DNA of 64,000 nucleotides from an uncultured virus (IMG/VR IMGVR_UViG_3300007609_000011) (Duplodnaviria > Heunggongvirae > Uroviricota > Caudoviricetes): IMG/VR virus record IMGVR_UViG_3300007609_000011, positions 1-64,000 of that record; one strand, given 5' to 3'. The notes beneath the pieces are model-generated. The model saw nothing but the letters and a program-made list of their open reading frames with translations, searched no databases and was not told the origin of the DNA. This document shows positions 1 to 13,000 of this stretch, one piece after another (within the stretch, counting starts at the first letter, position 1; each line of letters begins with the position of its first letter). The position numbers were made by a program, and so were the translations under genes.

Positions 1-2
1 AA

Positions 3-3000
3 TTCTGCAGTGCTGTCAACTGTTAACAGATTTGTATTTGCTTCATAACCCAACACATTAGCTGTGTTTGTGTTAAATGCAACTGTTACAAATTCGTTAT
101 CTACATCGTTGCCGACAATATCTATCCAATTTGCTGTGCTCTGTGTAGTATCAGCTGTCCAAGTAATACCGTCTTCGCTGATTAATGCATCATTGCTGTT
201 GTATGAAACCGCAACAAACACTCCTCCTGCATAAGATACAGCATTCCAGTTACCGCTTGGTACAGTTACGCTTGACCACGTTTCGCCACCGTCTGTCGAA
301 TATGCAAAGTTTGTAGAAGCTTGGCTAGAATTTCCAGCTACCGCTACAAATTTGCCGTTACCGTATGCAACACTACTCCAGTAATCGCTGGCTGGTAGTG
401 TGCTTGCTGTCCAAGATGCGCCGTCATTTGTGCTGTATGCTCCTGCGGTGCTTGCGGATGATACTCCTGAAACTGCTACAAATGCACCGTCACCGTATGC
501 AATGCTGGTCCAATCAGCAAATGCAGGTAAGGTGCTTGCAGTCCATGAAGTTCCATTGGTTGAAAATTCTGAAGTGTTTGTACCTATTTGAACAACTACA
601 AATGTTCCGTTTCCGAAAGCAATATCTGACCAATCTCTGGTGTTATTTAAAACATTCGAGTTAAACGTCCATGTAACACCATCACTAGAAGTTGCAACAT
701 CGTTACTACTGAAATACGGTATTACATAAGTTCCGTTGCCGTAAGCAATAGCTCTTGCATCGTCAGAACCTGTAGGAATAGTCCTATTAGTCCAGGTTTT
801 CCCGTCAGGTGAAGTAGCTACTGCAATACTGTTTCCTGCTACAGCAACATATTGATCGTCAGTTGTACTATAAGTCACCGCGCTCCAGTCTGAAGTCGAC
901 GGCAATGTACCTACCTGCCAATCTACAACAGTATCTTTAGATGTTTGCAAGATATCAATTTCTTTAACAGTAGCATTTCTCTCTGTCCAAGTTAAACCAT
1001 CTTGAGACGTAGCGGCTACTTCACTTTCAGCTAACGCTAAGAATACACCGTTGCCGTATGCAATTTTTCTCCAATCATCACTGCTTGTAATAGCACTTAG
1101 ATCTTTTCCTAAGTCTGCCCAGGTTTCTCCGTCGTTACTTACAGCAATTGCTCCATTTTTATCAGCAATCGCAACAAATATGTTGTTACCGAATGCTAAA
1201 TCCTGCCAGTTTGAATCTGAACTATCGTTGTTTGCAGGTAATGTAGAAGCAGTCCAGCTTACACCGTTTGTGCTGTAAGCGGCTTCTGCACTGAAGTTGC
1301 CTTCGATTACTACAAATTTACCTAAGCCAAATTCAATTGCTTTTGCACCGCTCGGTAGCGAACCAGTGTTCCATGTAGTTCCTGCATTTGCGGATACAGC
1401 CCTTAGTGTGCTAGAAGAATCACTTTCTGCTATTGCAACTACCAAGTTATTTCCGATAGCTAAGTCAACCCAATCAGCGGCTTCTCCTAATGATCCGCCA
1501 GCAGTCCAATTAACTCCATCTAAACTGTATGCAGTATCTGTACTTTGCTTGGCTACTGCTACATAGTAACCGATACCACTAACTACACCGTAGGTTACAG
1601 CACTCCATTGAACACTTGAAGGCATTCCTGCAATTTCCCAGGTAATACCGTCTTCACTCTGAGCGGCAACATCAAGTGTAGAGTCTCCTACACCACCTAC
1701 AGCTACCCATCTTGCAGAGATTGCAGTACCTGTGGATGTAATTGCATTAATTGCCCCACTTTCTGTAACTTCTGTTACAGTGATTGTAAGATTATTAACA
1801 CCTGTAGTTCCGCCTAGTACACTACCGTTAATTGTGATAGTGTCATTCACTTCGTACAATGTACCAGATGCACCTATGTCTACTGTGTACACTCCGTTTA
1901 CTCGGGTTATGTTAAAGGTTGCTAACGTTCCAGATGCACTTGTGGTGCTCGAAGGACTCACTAATGAATAGCTTCCTTCTCCGTTACCGTATGCTACGCC
2001 TGTCCAATTAAATCCGTTTGGCAGACTTCTGGTAGTTTTACTATATGGAGGAGTAGTAAACGTAATCCTAGGTGTAATCTCGTACTGAGATGTAATATCC
2101 GGATCCACAATAGTTGTTCCTGGCTTAAGATGATCCCATCCTTGTGCGCCATCGCTTTCTTTGTATACTGTTGCGGCTTTGCTTCCAGCATTATATGACT
2201 GAATATAACCGTATTGTCCTGCACCCGTTCCTGTTACAATGTAGATACTCATTCCGACATATGCCGCACTAGACTGAGTATCTGTTGCCGCAAGTGTTAT
2301 TGTTCCGCCTGCTGTGCCACCTTGTGCGGCATTAGCCGCTGTGAGATATCCTTCGCCTCCAGTTCCGCTAGAATCACCCGGATCTGTTAAGCGTACCTGA
2401 TAAACACCCCCATTTCGTGTTTCATCTCCAACAACTGCGGCTGAACTTCCTGCGCCACTAATACTAAAATCAGCAGTTGTATATTGCTCACCAGCATTTC
2501 CAAATTCAAATGCTAATACTTCATCGCCGTCGGTAATAACGTTGACAACATTTGCATCGTTGCCTCGGTTGTTAATTTCTCCAGTGATTTCTGTTTCTGT
2601 AATATCTACACCTTCAGATACTGATCCAAAATCACCATAAGAATTGTTACCATTTGTAGCACGAATCTGTCCACCGTTTTCTGCAAGATATCCAATGTGT
2701 GCATAATATGAGAACACTGATACAAGTTCTGCTCTACCTAAGTTAGTAATCCAAGCGCCGATGCCGTCTGAAATTACCTGTGTAAAGTCGTTTGATACAA
2801 TAGAATCATTACCGCCATTATGTATCGAACCGTCAATCTTTTGTCCAGTTGCTCCGATACCGAATGTTGTTACGTTCTGTACATAGGTTGATTTATTAGT
2901 AACCCAGGCAGTTTCGTCGTTTGGTCCCCAACCCGGATCCAGTGATACATATGCGCCTGCACGTGGACGTTGTGTTCCGTATTCATTCGCATCTGTTAGT

Positions 3001-6000
3001 GCCGATTGCTGTCCGGTTGTGTTACCGTCCGAACTACCATCTAATCCAAGAACAGTTTGATTGCGTAAACCGCAACCGTTTCTAACATAATACATATCTT
3101 CTAGTTTAGAACCAGTTAACGCATTTCTGTAATATCTTGCGGCATAATGCGACTTGTAATTACCTGTGTAAATCATATCGTAAGCAATTGCTTCAATGTA
3201 ATTTCTTACATCGTTTTCGCATCTCGCAGTTTCATAATAATAAGAAACTGTCATAGAGCCGGTTCCGTCTGCTAATGCAAATACCGAACCGTCGAGCTCT
3301 TCGCTAATAGTAAACTGTGTGCCGCTTACTACTTCTTTAACAAAATATGTAGTATCTGATACAACATTTCCAAACACAGTGCCAGAGAATCTTATAGTGT
3401 CTCCTGCAACCATCCAACTTGTGTCAGATATAGTAAATCTATCTGTAGATGCTGTGGTTGCTGTTACAGTATCTGTGTAAGTGTCATTAATATATGCAGT
3501 AGCTTCGGCTGCAAAGAAATCTTTGTTTAACAAAAGAATATTTGCACCATTAATTAAATCTAAATCTTCCACAGGAGTGTTAGTACCAACAACTATCGGT
3601 TTTGTTCCAGTATTAACATATGCAATGATTTCATCCCACAACTCTTGTGCGGTTACTACTGCGCCGGATGCCACAATATACGTTGCTTTCTTTTTAATGA
3701 AATCAATTGTTAATGACGTTGCAGTAAGTTGATCATTTATAACTTTGTTAGTGCTCACTGTTCCTTGTCTGTATGCTAACCCTGCCTGTATGCTTGCAAA
3801 GTTAGAATTAAACATTAAGTCATATCCTAATGCTTCTACGTGATAACCGTAATCTCTACCACATTTATCTTCGTCAAACAATAACGTTGGAATTTCTCTC
3901 TTGATATGCTGTATTCCGTCTGTTTGAATAGTAGTTTTTGCGTCTTCTAAAAGTGTTCTAGCTGTAACTAAGTCTGTGCTTACCCAAGAAGTTCCAGGTT
4001 CTACAACAGTCGGTAATGTTCCGTCGTTGTTAATTACGTCTATTAATAGTTGAATATTATCTTCTACCAGTGTTACTGAAGCTGCCGATCCAGCAGTACC
4101 AGACTTATCTTGGGTTTCTCCGTTTCCGCTAGACTTAGAGACATCATTTTCTTGCACAATATCACTAACTACGCTTTTTAATCTAGCCCACCAAGCAAGT
4201 GTTTCTGCTTCGCGATCAGCAATTTTAATTAGATCTCCGTCGTAGCTGAAGAATCTATCAGCATTTCTAACAGACTGATAATTTCCGCCATAAGTTAGCT
4301 CGTATTTTAGAATGTCTAAAATATCGGTAATTTCGGCCGTAATTGTCTCTTCATTGTATGTAAAACTAGAAGTAAACGGTGCGGTTTCTGCTGTAACCTG
4401 ATCATCAATCCACGCAACTATTTCTTCTGTTATAAATGTTCTGTTTGCATCTAGTTGATCTCTTGCATCGCCATATCCTGTTAGGTATCCAACATTATAC
4501 CCAGTCGGGTCTGTGAATACAAAAGCATCTGCCGCTCCTTCACCGTTTTCTAAAATATCTTTTATTTCGTCGGCATTATTTTCTAATCTAGTTATCGCAG
4601 TTGAACTACCAGTATTACCGGCTTTTTGACTGCTTGTATCTTGAGTTACTGTATTTCCTGTTGTAGGAGTTACTGAAGTGTTTGCAATTACTTCATCAGT
4701 TATACTCTTAAGATGGGTTAACGCCGCTACTGATTTTGCTTTGTCATTATCAGCAATGATTTTGCCTGCAGGAGAAACTCGTGTTGAGCGCAATTCATCC
4801 CCTACAATTGCTGTTTCGGCAGGAATAATAATTGGTAAAACTTCTTCAAACAATCCAGTTTTAACAAAAATTGAATAATTAATTTTTACTTGTGCTGGAA
4901 GGTCATCAAGATCTCCTGCTGTGATAGCATCTGTTACAATTTCTATGAGCGATGATGCTAATGTAAACGCTCCAGCTTCAGCAGTATAACCAAAATCAAT
5001 ATATTGCTTTATTCTGTTTGCGAGAATTATACCATTTTCTGATTGATAGTTTGTATCCGGTGCCAAATTTGCTAAAACTTTTTCAATAAGAGTTACACCG
5101 TAATTGATGCTTGCAACAGTTTCATCTTCTTGTCCTGAAATGTAGCTCGCACCTAATTCTGTAAAATAACTTTGTGCTACCTCTCTAATTTTACGATTAC
5201 CGCCATGCGTCAAATCATAAACAACCGCATCTAAAAGTAATCCCATATCGCGCTGACACTTAGATTTATCATACGTGAACGCACTTGTAAACGGAGCAAT
5301 ATCATTTGCAATCTGATAGTCTGTCCATTCAACAATTTCTTTTTGAACAAACGTTCTGTTTCTTTCTAGCAAATATTTTGCGTTTGGATTTTCTGGACCT
5401 TTATCTACCTGTTCAGAAGCATATCTAACAGTTCTAAACGGTCTATCAATACTTAGTCCCCACAACGGAGCTGGGCTGTCTGTTCCTTCTGTTGAAACAT
5501 AATAAGTTCTAGGAACATTACCCCAAGTATACCATGCCGGTTGTCCATCAACAACAGCTAATACTTGTCCTTCATTTCCAATAGGAAGTCTTGTCGGACC
5601 TGCGCCGCTATAAAATACTATATCGCCAGCAGTGTTTAATACACTTTCTTCTAAGCCAGCGGTTAAAAGATTCCAATATGTACCTGTTAAATCTTTTTCA
5701 GGACTGTTGTTAGTTGGTGTTTGGGTGCTGTCGTCATCGTCTGAAGTGTGTTTTAAAACACAAACATAGGAGTTAGACCCGAATCTAACAGCATCACCTA
5801 AAAGATACTGTGTTTCATTGTCCCATTCGCCTCTCCAGCGGAATCCAGAATTTAATCTTACCCAATAAGTACCTAAGTTGTCATCTGGTGGGAATCCAGT
5901 TCCGTCTTGTATTGCATAGTAAGTGTAAGAGCCATGTCTAACAACTTCACCAACTTTATAAGCAGTTGCCCCGTCCCAGTCTCCATTAAAATTGAATGCT

Positions 6001-6974
6001 TCCAGGAACAAATCCCAGTTTGCAGTACCAGTCGAAGGAGTACTGTTGTCGTGAACAGTCTTAGCAATATAGCTGTATCCACCGTACTTAACAATGTCGC
6101 CTGGTTGGTAAGTTGTTCCGCTATTCCAGATTAGTTCATACTGAATACCTTCGGAAAACAATGCAAAATTAGAATCATTAAATGAGGCAGAAGATGTATG
6201 TTCTGTTGTACAAATCCATATTCCTGCGCCATATTTTACAAGATCGTTAATCTTATATCTTACTGAAGAACCTGACCAAGCACCTTTGTACTCAACACCT
6301 TTATGGAAATAATCCCACTTGGCTTGATCGTCTTCTAATCCAAGTGTTTCAGTAGCGGCTGATGTGTGTCCGGTGTTACAAACATAAATTTGTCCGCCGT
6401 ACTTAACTAGATCGTTTAACTTATATCTTGTTCCGGTTGCCCACTCGTCCTTCCAGTCAAGTCCTAGCGAGAATGTATCCCAGCTTGCTTGATCGTCTTC
6501 TAGTCCGTCGGCAGCATCTGCGGCTGATGTGTGTCCGGTATTGGCAATATAAGAAATACCGCCATACTTAACTACATCATTAACTTTATATGTTGTTCCA
6601 GTAGCCCAATCGCCGGTCCAATTTAAACTTTCGGCAAATAAATCCCACTTGGCTTGATCGTCTTCGAGCAAAGATTGCGAGGTATGGCCTTCGTTCGCGA
6701 TGTAAAGATATCCGCCATATTTGACAATATCGTTTACTTTATAAAGTGTGCTTCCACTCCATGTTCCTGTCCAAGTTTGACCATCAGCAAACTGATTCCA
6801 TCTAGTTGGAACATTTTCTAAGTCCGTGTAAAAATCTGAGGCAGATGTGTGTCCTTCAACACACAAGAAAGTCTTGCCACCGTAATTAACAATATCATCT
6901 TTAAAATATGTAGTAGAAGAGCCCCAAGCTCCTTTCCATACAAATCTAATTCTACCAAGTTTAAATTCTGCCAT
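3..6974 (-). CDS. Giant virion fibre/adhesin protein (>2300 aa, runs off the left edge): Trp-rich ChtBD3/CBM5-like repeats, pectin-lyase-like beta-helix, Asp-box/BNR-like propeller repeats
   Basis: Absent from the ORF track, presumably because its stop lies outside the window. ATG at 6974 (MAEFKLGRIRFVWKGAW...), GGAG SD and AATAAATA box upstream; the frame still reads sensibly at the edge (...VDSTAE). Paralog of 7007..13267 (shared SLDPGWG, SxYVQNVTTFG, VSNDFTQ motifs). Confidence 0.85.
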   Translation of the reverse strand, partial: MAEFKLGRIRFVWKGAWGSSTTYFKDDIVNYGGKTFLCVEGHTSASDFYTDLENVPTRWNQFADGQTWTGTWSGSTLYKVNDIVKYGGYLYIANEGHTSQSLLEDDQAKWDLFAESLNWTGDWATGTTYKVNDVVKYGGISYIANTGHTSAADAADGLEDDQASWDTFSLGLDWKDEWATGTRYKLNDLVKYGGQIYVCNTGHTSAATETLGLEDDQAKWDYFHKGVEYKGAWSGSSVRYKINDLVKYGAGIWICTTEHTSSASFNDSNFALFSEGIQYELIWNSGTTYQPGDIVKYGGYSYIAKTVHDNSTPSTGTANWDLFLEAFNFNGDWDGATAYKVGEVVRHGSYTYYAIQDGTGFPPDDNLGTYWVRLNSGFRWRGEWDNETQYLLGDAVRFGSNSYVCVLKHTSDDDDSTQTPTNNSPEKDLTGTYWNLLTAGLEESVLNTAGDIVFYSGAGPTRLPIGNEGQVLAVVDGQPAWYTWGNVPRTYYVSTEGTDSPAPLWGLSIDRPFRTVRYASEQVDKGPENPNAKYLLERNRTFVQKEIVEWTDYQIANDIAPFTSAFTYDKSKCQRDMGLLLDAVVYDLTHGGNRKIREVAQSYFTELGASYISGQEDETVASINYGVTLIEKVLANLAPDTNYQSENGIILANRIKQYIDFGYTAEAGAFTLASSLIEIVTDAITAGDLDDLPAQVKINYSIFVKTGLFEEVLPIIIPAETAIVGDELRSTRVSPAGKIIADNDKAKSVAALTHLKSITDEVIANTSVTPTTGNTVTQDTSSQKAGNTGSSTAITRLENNADEIKDILENGEGAADAFVFTDPTGYNVGYLTGYGDARDQLDANRTFITEEIVAWIDDQVTAETAPFTSSFTYNEETITAEITDILDILKYELTYGGNYQSVRNADRFFSYDGDLIKIADREAETLAWWARLKSVVSDIVQENDVSKSSGNGETQDKSGTAGSAASVTLVEDNIQLLIDVINNDGTLPTVVEPGTSWVSTDLVTARTLLEDAKTTIQTDGIQHIKREIPTLLFDEDKCGRDYGYHVEALGYDLMFNSNFASIQAGLAYRQGTVSTNKVINDQLTATSLTIDFIKKKATYIVASGAVVTAQELWDEIIAYVNTGTKPIVVGTNTPVEDLDLINGANILLLNKDFFAAEATAYINDTYTDTVTATTASTDRFTISDTSWMVAGDTIRFSGTVFGNVVSDTTYFVKEVVSGTQFTISEELDGSVFALADGTGSMTVSYYYETARCENDVRNYIEAIAYDMIYTGNYKSHYAARYYRNALTGSKLEDMYYVRNGCGLRNQTVLGLDGSSDGNTTGQQSALTDANEYGTQRPRAGAYVSLDPGWGPNDETAWVTNKSTYVQNVTTFGIGATGQKIDGSIHNGGNDSIVSNDFTQVISDGIGAWITNLGRAELVSVFSYYAHIGYLAENGGQIRATNGNNSYGDFGSVSEGVDITETEITGEINNRGNDANVVNVITDGDEVLAFEFGNAGEQYTTADFSISGAGSSAAVVGDETRNGGVYQVRLTDPGDSSGTGGEGYLTAANAAQGGTAGGTITLAATDTQSSAAYVGMSIYIVTGTGAGQYGYIQSYNAGSKAATVYKESDGAQGWDHLKPGTTIVDPDITSQYEITPRITFTTPPYSKTTRSLPNGFNWTGVAYGNGEGSYSLVSPSSTTSASGTLATFNITRVNGVYTVDIGASGTLYEVNDTITINGSVLGGTTGVNNLTITVTEVTESGAINAITSTGTAISARWVAVGGVGDSTLDVAAQSEDGITWEIAGMPSSVQWSAVTYGVVSGIGYYVAVAKQSTDTAYSLDGVNWTAGGSLGEAADWVDLAIGNNLVVAIAESDSSSTLRAVSANAGTTWNTGSLPSGAKAIEFGLGKFVVIEGNFSAEAAYSTNGVSWTASTLPANNDSSDSNWQDLAFGNNIFVAIADKNGAIAVSNDGETWADLGKDLSAITSSDDWRKIAYGNGVFLALAESEVAATSQDGLTWTERNATVKEIDILQTSKDTVVDWQVGTLPSTSDWSAVTYSTTDDQYVAVAGNSIAVATSPDGKTWTNRTIPTGSDDARAIAYGNGTYVIPYFSSNDVATSSDGVTWTFNSNVLNNTRDWSDIAFGNGTFVVVQIGTNTSEFSTNGTSWTASTLPAFADWTSIAYGDGAFVAVSGVSSASTAGAYSTNDGASWTASTLPASDYWSSVAYGNGKFVAVAGNSSQASTNFAYSTDGGETWSSVTVPSGNWNAVSYAGGVFVAVSYNSNDALISEDGITWTADTTQSTANWIDIVGNDVDNEFVTVAFNTNTANVLGYEANTNLLTVDSTAE

Positions 6975-6994
6975 TTATTGCTCCAACTAATTAA

Positions 6995-7002
6995 TATTTA
7001 TT
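6995..7002 (-). promoter_or_regulatory. T4-type late promoter box (AATAAATA)
   Basis: One mismatch to TATAAATA, in the short gap upstream of the 6974 start. Confidence 0.6.
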
Positions 7003-7006
7003 GTTT

Positions 7007-10000
7007 TTACTCATTGTTTCCTGAAAGGAACACTGATTGTTGTAACCAAACTCCGTCAATACCACCTTGGAAAGTCATTTTAACAGGAACATTAATTTCA
7101 ACCCCTGTTGTTGTGGTAAATTGATTTGGACCCATAGTTACTACCCCGGCGGTCATCTGTCCTGTAATAGCATCGGAGCCACCGCCTGACACCCTTGCAG
7201 TAATAAACGCTTTAATTGCACGTTGTGTAGGTATAATGTTGTTACTGTCGGCGGTAAACGTCGGATCTGTTGAGAATTCTCTAACCACAACACCCGATCC
7301 GCCGACACTAACACCACCTAATACTAATTCTTCTAATCCTTCTAGATCAAAGAAGTCAGCATTGATTGTTACAATACCAGTTGACTGCTCTACAGCAAAC
7401 AATTCGCCAACTCGGAAATTACCGTTTTGATCTGTGCTTGTGTAAAATACTCGTCCGCCATCTGCTTCAATAACTTCATCCTGTGGTGCTCTAACTGTTC
7501 CAATTGGAAATAACACGTTAGGGTAGTTAGTTTGTACAAAATTGCCTAATCCTATATCTAGGAAATCGTGTCCTGATAACCGCACTTGACTGTATTGCTG
7601 TCTAATTTCTAATGAATCGCCGTGTCCTGGACTTTCGTCTCTGTCTAAATCTTTAGCGATTGTTAAACGTGCTGTAACATTAGGAAATTCTCCTTCTAAT
7701 ACTGTTACTGATAACAATTTGTATGTATAATCTGTAATTTCATCAAAATTAACGTTGTCGCCAGGTCCTGGAATTCTAGTTAATCCGCTTACAATTATGT
7801 CACTGCCGGTCTGGAACTGATCTTTAAATCCATCGCCGGTAATGGTTACAAATGTTGTGTTATTTTGGAATCCTGTACCTGCGTTTACCAAGGTTGGGTT
7901 TCCTAATACACCGTGATGTGTTCTAACATTAACAGCAACATCACCTGTATTGTTTGGATCTGTTAAAACAAATGCCGGGGCACTACCGTATCCACTTCCT
8001 GGTTCCCAGATGCTGATAGCACTTATTCTCTGACCAACTACACTGACCCTGGCTTGTGCTCTTACACCTGTTCGAATGTCTCTAACAGGGTTGCGATTTC
8101 CAGTATTTCTAGAGATTACAATAAATCTTCCGGTGTTTTCCGAATTACCGAACGCTACTGTTGACCACTCCGAGCTCCCTGATAACGTTTCACTTTCCCA
8201 GCGGATACCGTCTTCTGATACCGCACAAGAACCAGAATCTTCTGCAACTGCAACGAATAATCCTTGCCCGTATGTAATATCTTGCCAGTTGTCAGCAGTA
8301 GGTAAATTTCCTTGTACCCAGGTTTCACCATCGAAACTGATAAAGCTGTTGTTTGATCCTTCAAACCCGCCTTCAATTGCAACAAATCTATTATTACCGA
8401 ACGTAATTGCATATGCGCCGCCTGGCATTGAACTTTCTGTCCAAGTATCGCCGCCATCAGCAGAGTATGCCGATTCGGTATTACTCGAAGCACTTTCAGC
8501 AATGGCTACAAATTTTCCTTTACCATATGTTATGGCTGACCAATCAGACCCTGATGGTAATGTAATAGTAGTCCAAGTATCGCCGTCATCTGTTGATTTA
8601 ACGGCAGTGTCGCCGCCTGAAGCTACTGCTATCCACACACCGTCACCGTATGCGACACCTGTATAGCTTAGTGAAGGTGCTCCAGCAAGTGCCCATGATA
8701 TACCGTCAGTGCTTATTGCTGATACACCATCGCCGACCGCTATATAATTGCCGTTACCGTAAGCAATGCTTTTCCATCTAGCTGAAGCAGGAAGTGTACT
8801 GAAAGTCCATTCTACACCATTATCGCTGGTTCCTACTGCTGTAGAAACAGTAGTTCCGCCTGCGATTGCAACAAATTGACCATCGGCATATATAACTTTT
8901 GTGAACGGATTACCCGAACCTGAAGAATACATAGTAGCAGAATTAACTGAATAACCTGGACTAGAAAATGTAACTCTAGGTTCGATAGTGTAATTTGTTG
9001 TTGTGTTTAAAGTAGTTTCGGCCGGTGTTCCAGGATTAATGTTGTTCCATCCTAGATGATGTAACTCCATATCGCCTGTTTCGTTAATCAATCCAAAGGC
9101 TGTGTTTGCTACTGTGGAAAACTGATAGATTGTTGATGTACTACCAGCAGTAATATACATTTTTTCTCCGCTGTTTGCAAATTCAATTGCTCCTATTGCA
9201 GAGGCTACCGTACCACTAAAATCATATGTTACACTGTCGTACGAGGCAGAGCTTAAATCAAACGATGCGCTTAACCCGTATCTATACACAGCATCCGAAT
9301 CATTTACAAATATTTTTGTGCCATCATCATTGAAATATGCTCCGCCTAAATTATCATTAGTAGTTTGAAGAGCAGTATCTAAGGCTATCGAATCATCTGT
9401 AGCAGTTGTGATATCAAATTCTGTTGAAAGAGAATATTGATGTATTTGTTGTGACGCGACAGTAGATTCAACGATATACATTTTGCTTCCTGAATTGTTA
9501 AAAAGTACATCCGTCGGATCAATGCTTGAAACTGCATTTGCATCATAAGTTGCTGGAGTAGGATCAATTGAAGTTACATCATAAGCAACAGACAAATCGT
9601 GTTCGTAAATTAATCCAGTTGTTTCGTTGGCAAAATATAGTTTAGTACCAGTAGCATTGAATGTTAGACCGGTATGGGTGTTTAATCCGCTGTCGAAGGT
9701 ATTGATAGCAGTGGCGCTTTCAATATTAAAGTTATCATACATAAAATATTCTGTTACCACACCGCCTTCTAGCACAAATGCTTTGGTTCCTATATCGTTG
9801 AAAACTATTCCTCGAGGAGTCCCGCCTGTGTTTAAAGTTATACTGTCGGAAACAGCATTAGATAATGTGTAACCTGTTTTGTCAGGTGATGTGGAAATAG
9901 TAATGTTACTTCCGCTAACACTGTTAACATAATATATTGTAGTTTCTTGGATATTACCATAATGCGTTCCTGTAAATATTACAGGATCACCTATGCTTAA

Positions 10001-13000
10001 TCCTTCTGTACTGTCAAGAACAACTAAATTTCCAATCGCTTGTGTTTCTAAAACAGTTTTCTTAGGATAATACTCGTCGCCAACATAAACAATTTTTGAT
10101 GTATCGTCATATTCTGCAACATAGCCGTATTGTCCTGCGCCTGTTCCGGATTGAATATAAACACGCATTTCTCTGTATGTTGCAGGAACTTCTTCATCGG
10201 CCGCCGCGATAGTTATCGTCTTGTCAGTGCCTGCCTGTGCCGAGTTAGTAGTAAACTTATAACCGGCACCACCTGCAATTCCTGAATCACCAGGATCGGT
10301 AATTCTAACTTCATAAACAGCGTCATCTCTAATTTCATCTCCGAGCAATTCTTGATTTAATCCAGAACCAGAAACTGTAAATGTTGCTGACGTATATTCA
10401 TTACCAGCATTGCTGAAAAATAACTTTGATATTTCTTGATTTTTAGTTTGTACAGATGCTACATCAGCTTCAAAATATCGGTTGTTAACTGATGCTTGAA
10501 TTGGCGCTTCACTTACATTAAATCCTTCAGCAACCGCACCAAAAGTTCCGTAAGAACAGTTTCCGTTAGTTCCTCGAATTTTTCCGCCGCGTGTACACAA
10601 ATAACCTATGTGATTATAGTATGTAAACACCGATACTGCTTCTGTTTTTCCAGTTCCGTTACACCAGACACCTATACCGTCAGATAATATTTGTGTAAAA
10701 TCGTTCGAAACAATTGTTTGATTACCGCCGGCGTGTAAGTCGCCGTCGATTTTTAAACCGATACAGCCGTCGCCGAATGTAGTAACATTTTGTACATAAG
10801 GAGATTTAGAACCTACCCAAACAGTGTCATCTTGTGTTCCCCAGCCTGGATCTAGAGATGCATAAGCTCCTGCCGTCGGTCTTCTTGTTAAATTAGCATT
10901 AAGATCACCTAGTGTTCCGCTTAAGCCTGTTAAGGTACAGTTTCTTAATCCAGTACCGTCTCTTAAAAGAAACATATTTTGTATTTTATTTCTATCGTAG
11001 CTGTTTGCATTTAAGAAATATTGCGATTCTAGTCCTGTTCTGTAGTTTCCTGGATATTGGGTATCATAAATTATAGCATCAATTACTCTAGCTATATTAG
11101 AATCTAACTGTGTTTCGTTGTAATCGTATAATGGTTGTACAGTTGTAATGTATGCTTTTAGTTCAGCGAGTATAAAACTTCTATTTGCTACTAACAAATT
11201 ATATGCATTTACTTCTGCTTCATCGGTGGAAGCTGTGTTAGTACTGTTTACCGATGCAACAAGACCGTCATTTAAAATTGACACTAATTGTCCTAACAGT
11301 GAGGAATAGTTAGTGGCTGTATCATCTGTTGACGGCGATCCTAAGAATACTTGAGATTCATTACTGTAAAGATTTGTTCCAAATGTAGGCTGTAATTCGT
11401 CAGCAGTGCCAATCTCTTGTTCTAACACAACAAACTCAACTATGCTTTGGAAATACTGTATAATCTGTATTAGATAGGTTAAATCTAAATCTGAAATTAT
11501 AGGTTGGGTGGGGCGAATTACAGTGCTTCGTAATTCATCACCTACCACTGCACAGAATGCAGGAACTGTTAACGGTAAAACTTCGTCAAATATACCTGTT
11601 CTAACATAAATTGTCGAATTTCCTGATACATTATCTCTTACATACTCTAGTGCATATCTTAGTGTTTTCCATGGAGCATTTTGATCTCTACCTAAATTAG
11701 GGCTATCAACTCCATCGTTTGCAACAAAGAAAACCGAAGTTGCAGAATTTAGATTTTTCCAAGATATATCGCTATCTTGAACTGCTAATGTTTGTTTTTC
11801 GTTACCGATAGTTATTCTTCTATTTCCGATAGAACTTCCATCTTCTTGAACTCCGTAACTGAGAATATCACCGACTTCTTTTAAGACGTTATCTGGATCT
11901 CCTAAAATTAAAGGTTCCCAATAAAAACCTCCGTCGTCTTCTGGGCTGTTACCTGCATCAGAAACGTGTCTTCTTAATGCTCTATAAGAACTAGATGTCA
12001 ATACAACAACATCGCCTTCTACATACGTGTTGCCTGCACCCCAGATTCCTACCCACTTTTCGCCTGGAATAATTAAATCCCAGTAATCTGAGTTGACTGT
12101 ACTATCATCTGTTAAGATATCCGGATCTTCACCTATAGAATCTGCCACCGCAACAAATACCTGGCCGCTTCTTCTTACTACATCGCCTAAACGATACGAA
12201 GAAGTTCTTCCCCACTCTCCTCTAACATTTGAGTTTTCAAATAACAACGTCCATGACGCATTAGGTTGTGCAGTATCATATGTAGGTATTATTCCAGACC
12301 CAGTAGCTCGATTTACAAATAAATATCCACCGTATCGAACAATGTCTCCTATTTGATAAACAGTATCTTCGTTCCATTCGTTATCAAATTCTTGTCCTGG
12401 ACAATATATTGAAAAATTTCCTGCTAAAAATCCATCTGCTTCTCTGGAAGTATGTGCAACAGTTACTTGGTACAGGTATGAACCGTATTTTACAATATCA
12501 TTAGCTTTATATCGATAACCTTCAGCAACATAATTGCCAACATATTCAACTCCATTAACAAACACAGACCATTTGTCGCTATCGTCTTCTAATCCATCCG
12601 CAGAAGTCGCCGATGACTCGTGTCCTTCGGTACATCTATAAACAATGCCACCATAACGAACTATATCATTCACTTTATATCTGTTAGAAGTTGTCCAATC
12701 TCCTTTCCAATCTTGTCCAAGATTAACAATTTCCCACTTGTCTTGATCGATTTCTAAACCAGTAACATCGGTAGAATCACTAATATGTCCTTCGGTACAT
12801 CTATAAACGATCCCACCGTAACGAGCAATATCATTTAATTTATAAAATGTACTTGTTGTCCAATCAGTAACCCAGTTATCTGAACTGACTTGAACTGTCC
12901 AGTAACTTAATGATAAATCGTCATAAAAATTATCTGAAGAATCTACGGAGGTATGTCCTTCAGTACAAAGGTATACAATACCTCCGTATTTTACTAAATC

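Noticed and set aside
6300..6670. Near-exact 20-28 nt repeats (AATCCCACTTGGCTTGATCGTCTTC; GCGGCTGATGTGTGTCCGGT) as CRISPR or DGR repeats
   Set aside because: They are in-frame copies of the protein's CBM-like repeats. No reverse transcriptase, cas gene or adenine-specific variation is visible.
12621..12808. Repeat TGTCCTTCGGTACATCTATAAAC
   Set aside because: Encodes the duplicated VYRCTEGH peptide in the fibre repeats.
365..13000. Many short plus-strand ORFs (and minus-strand ORFs within 34.6-64 kb)
   Set aside because: Antisense shadows of long genuine genes.
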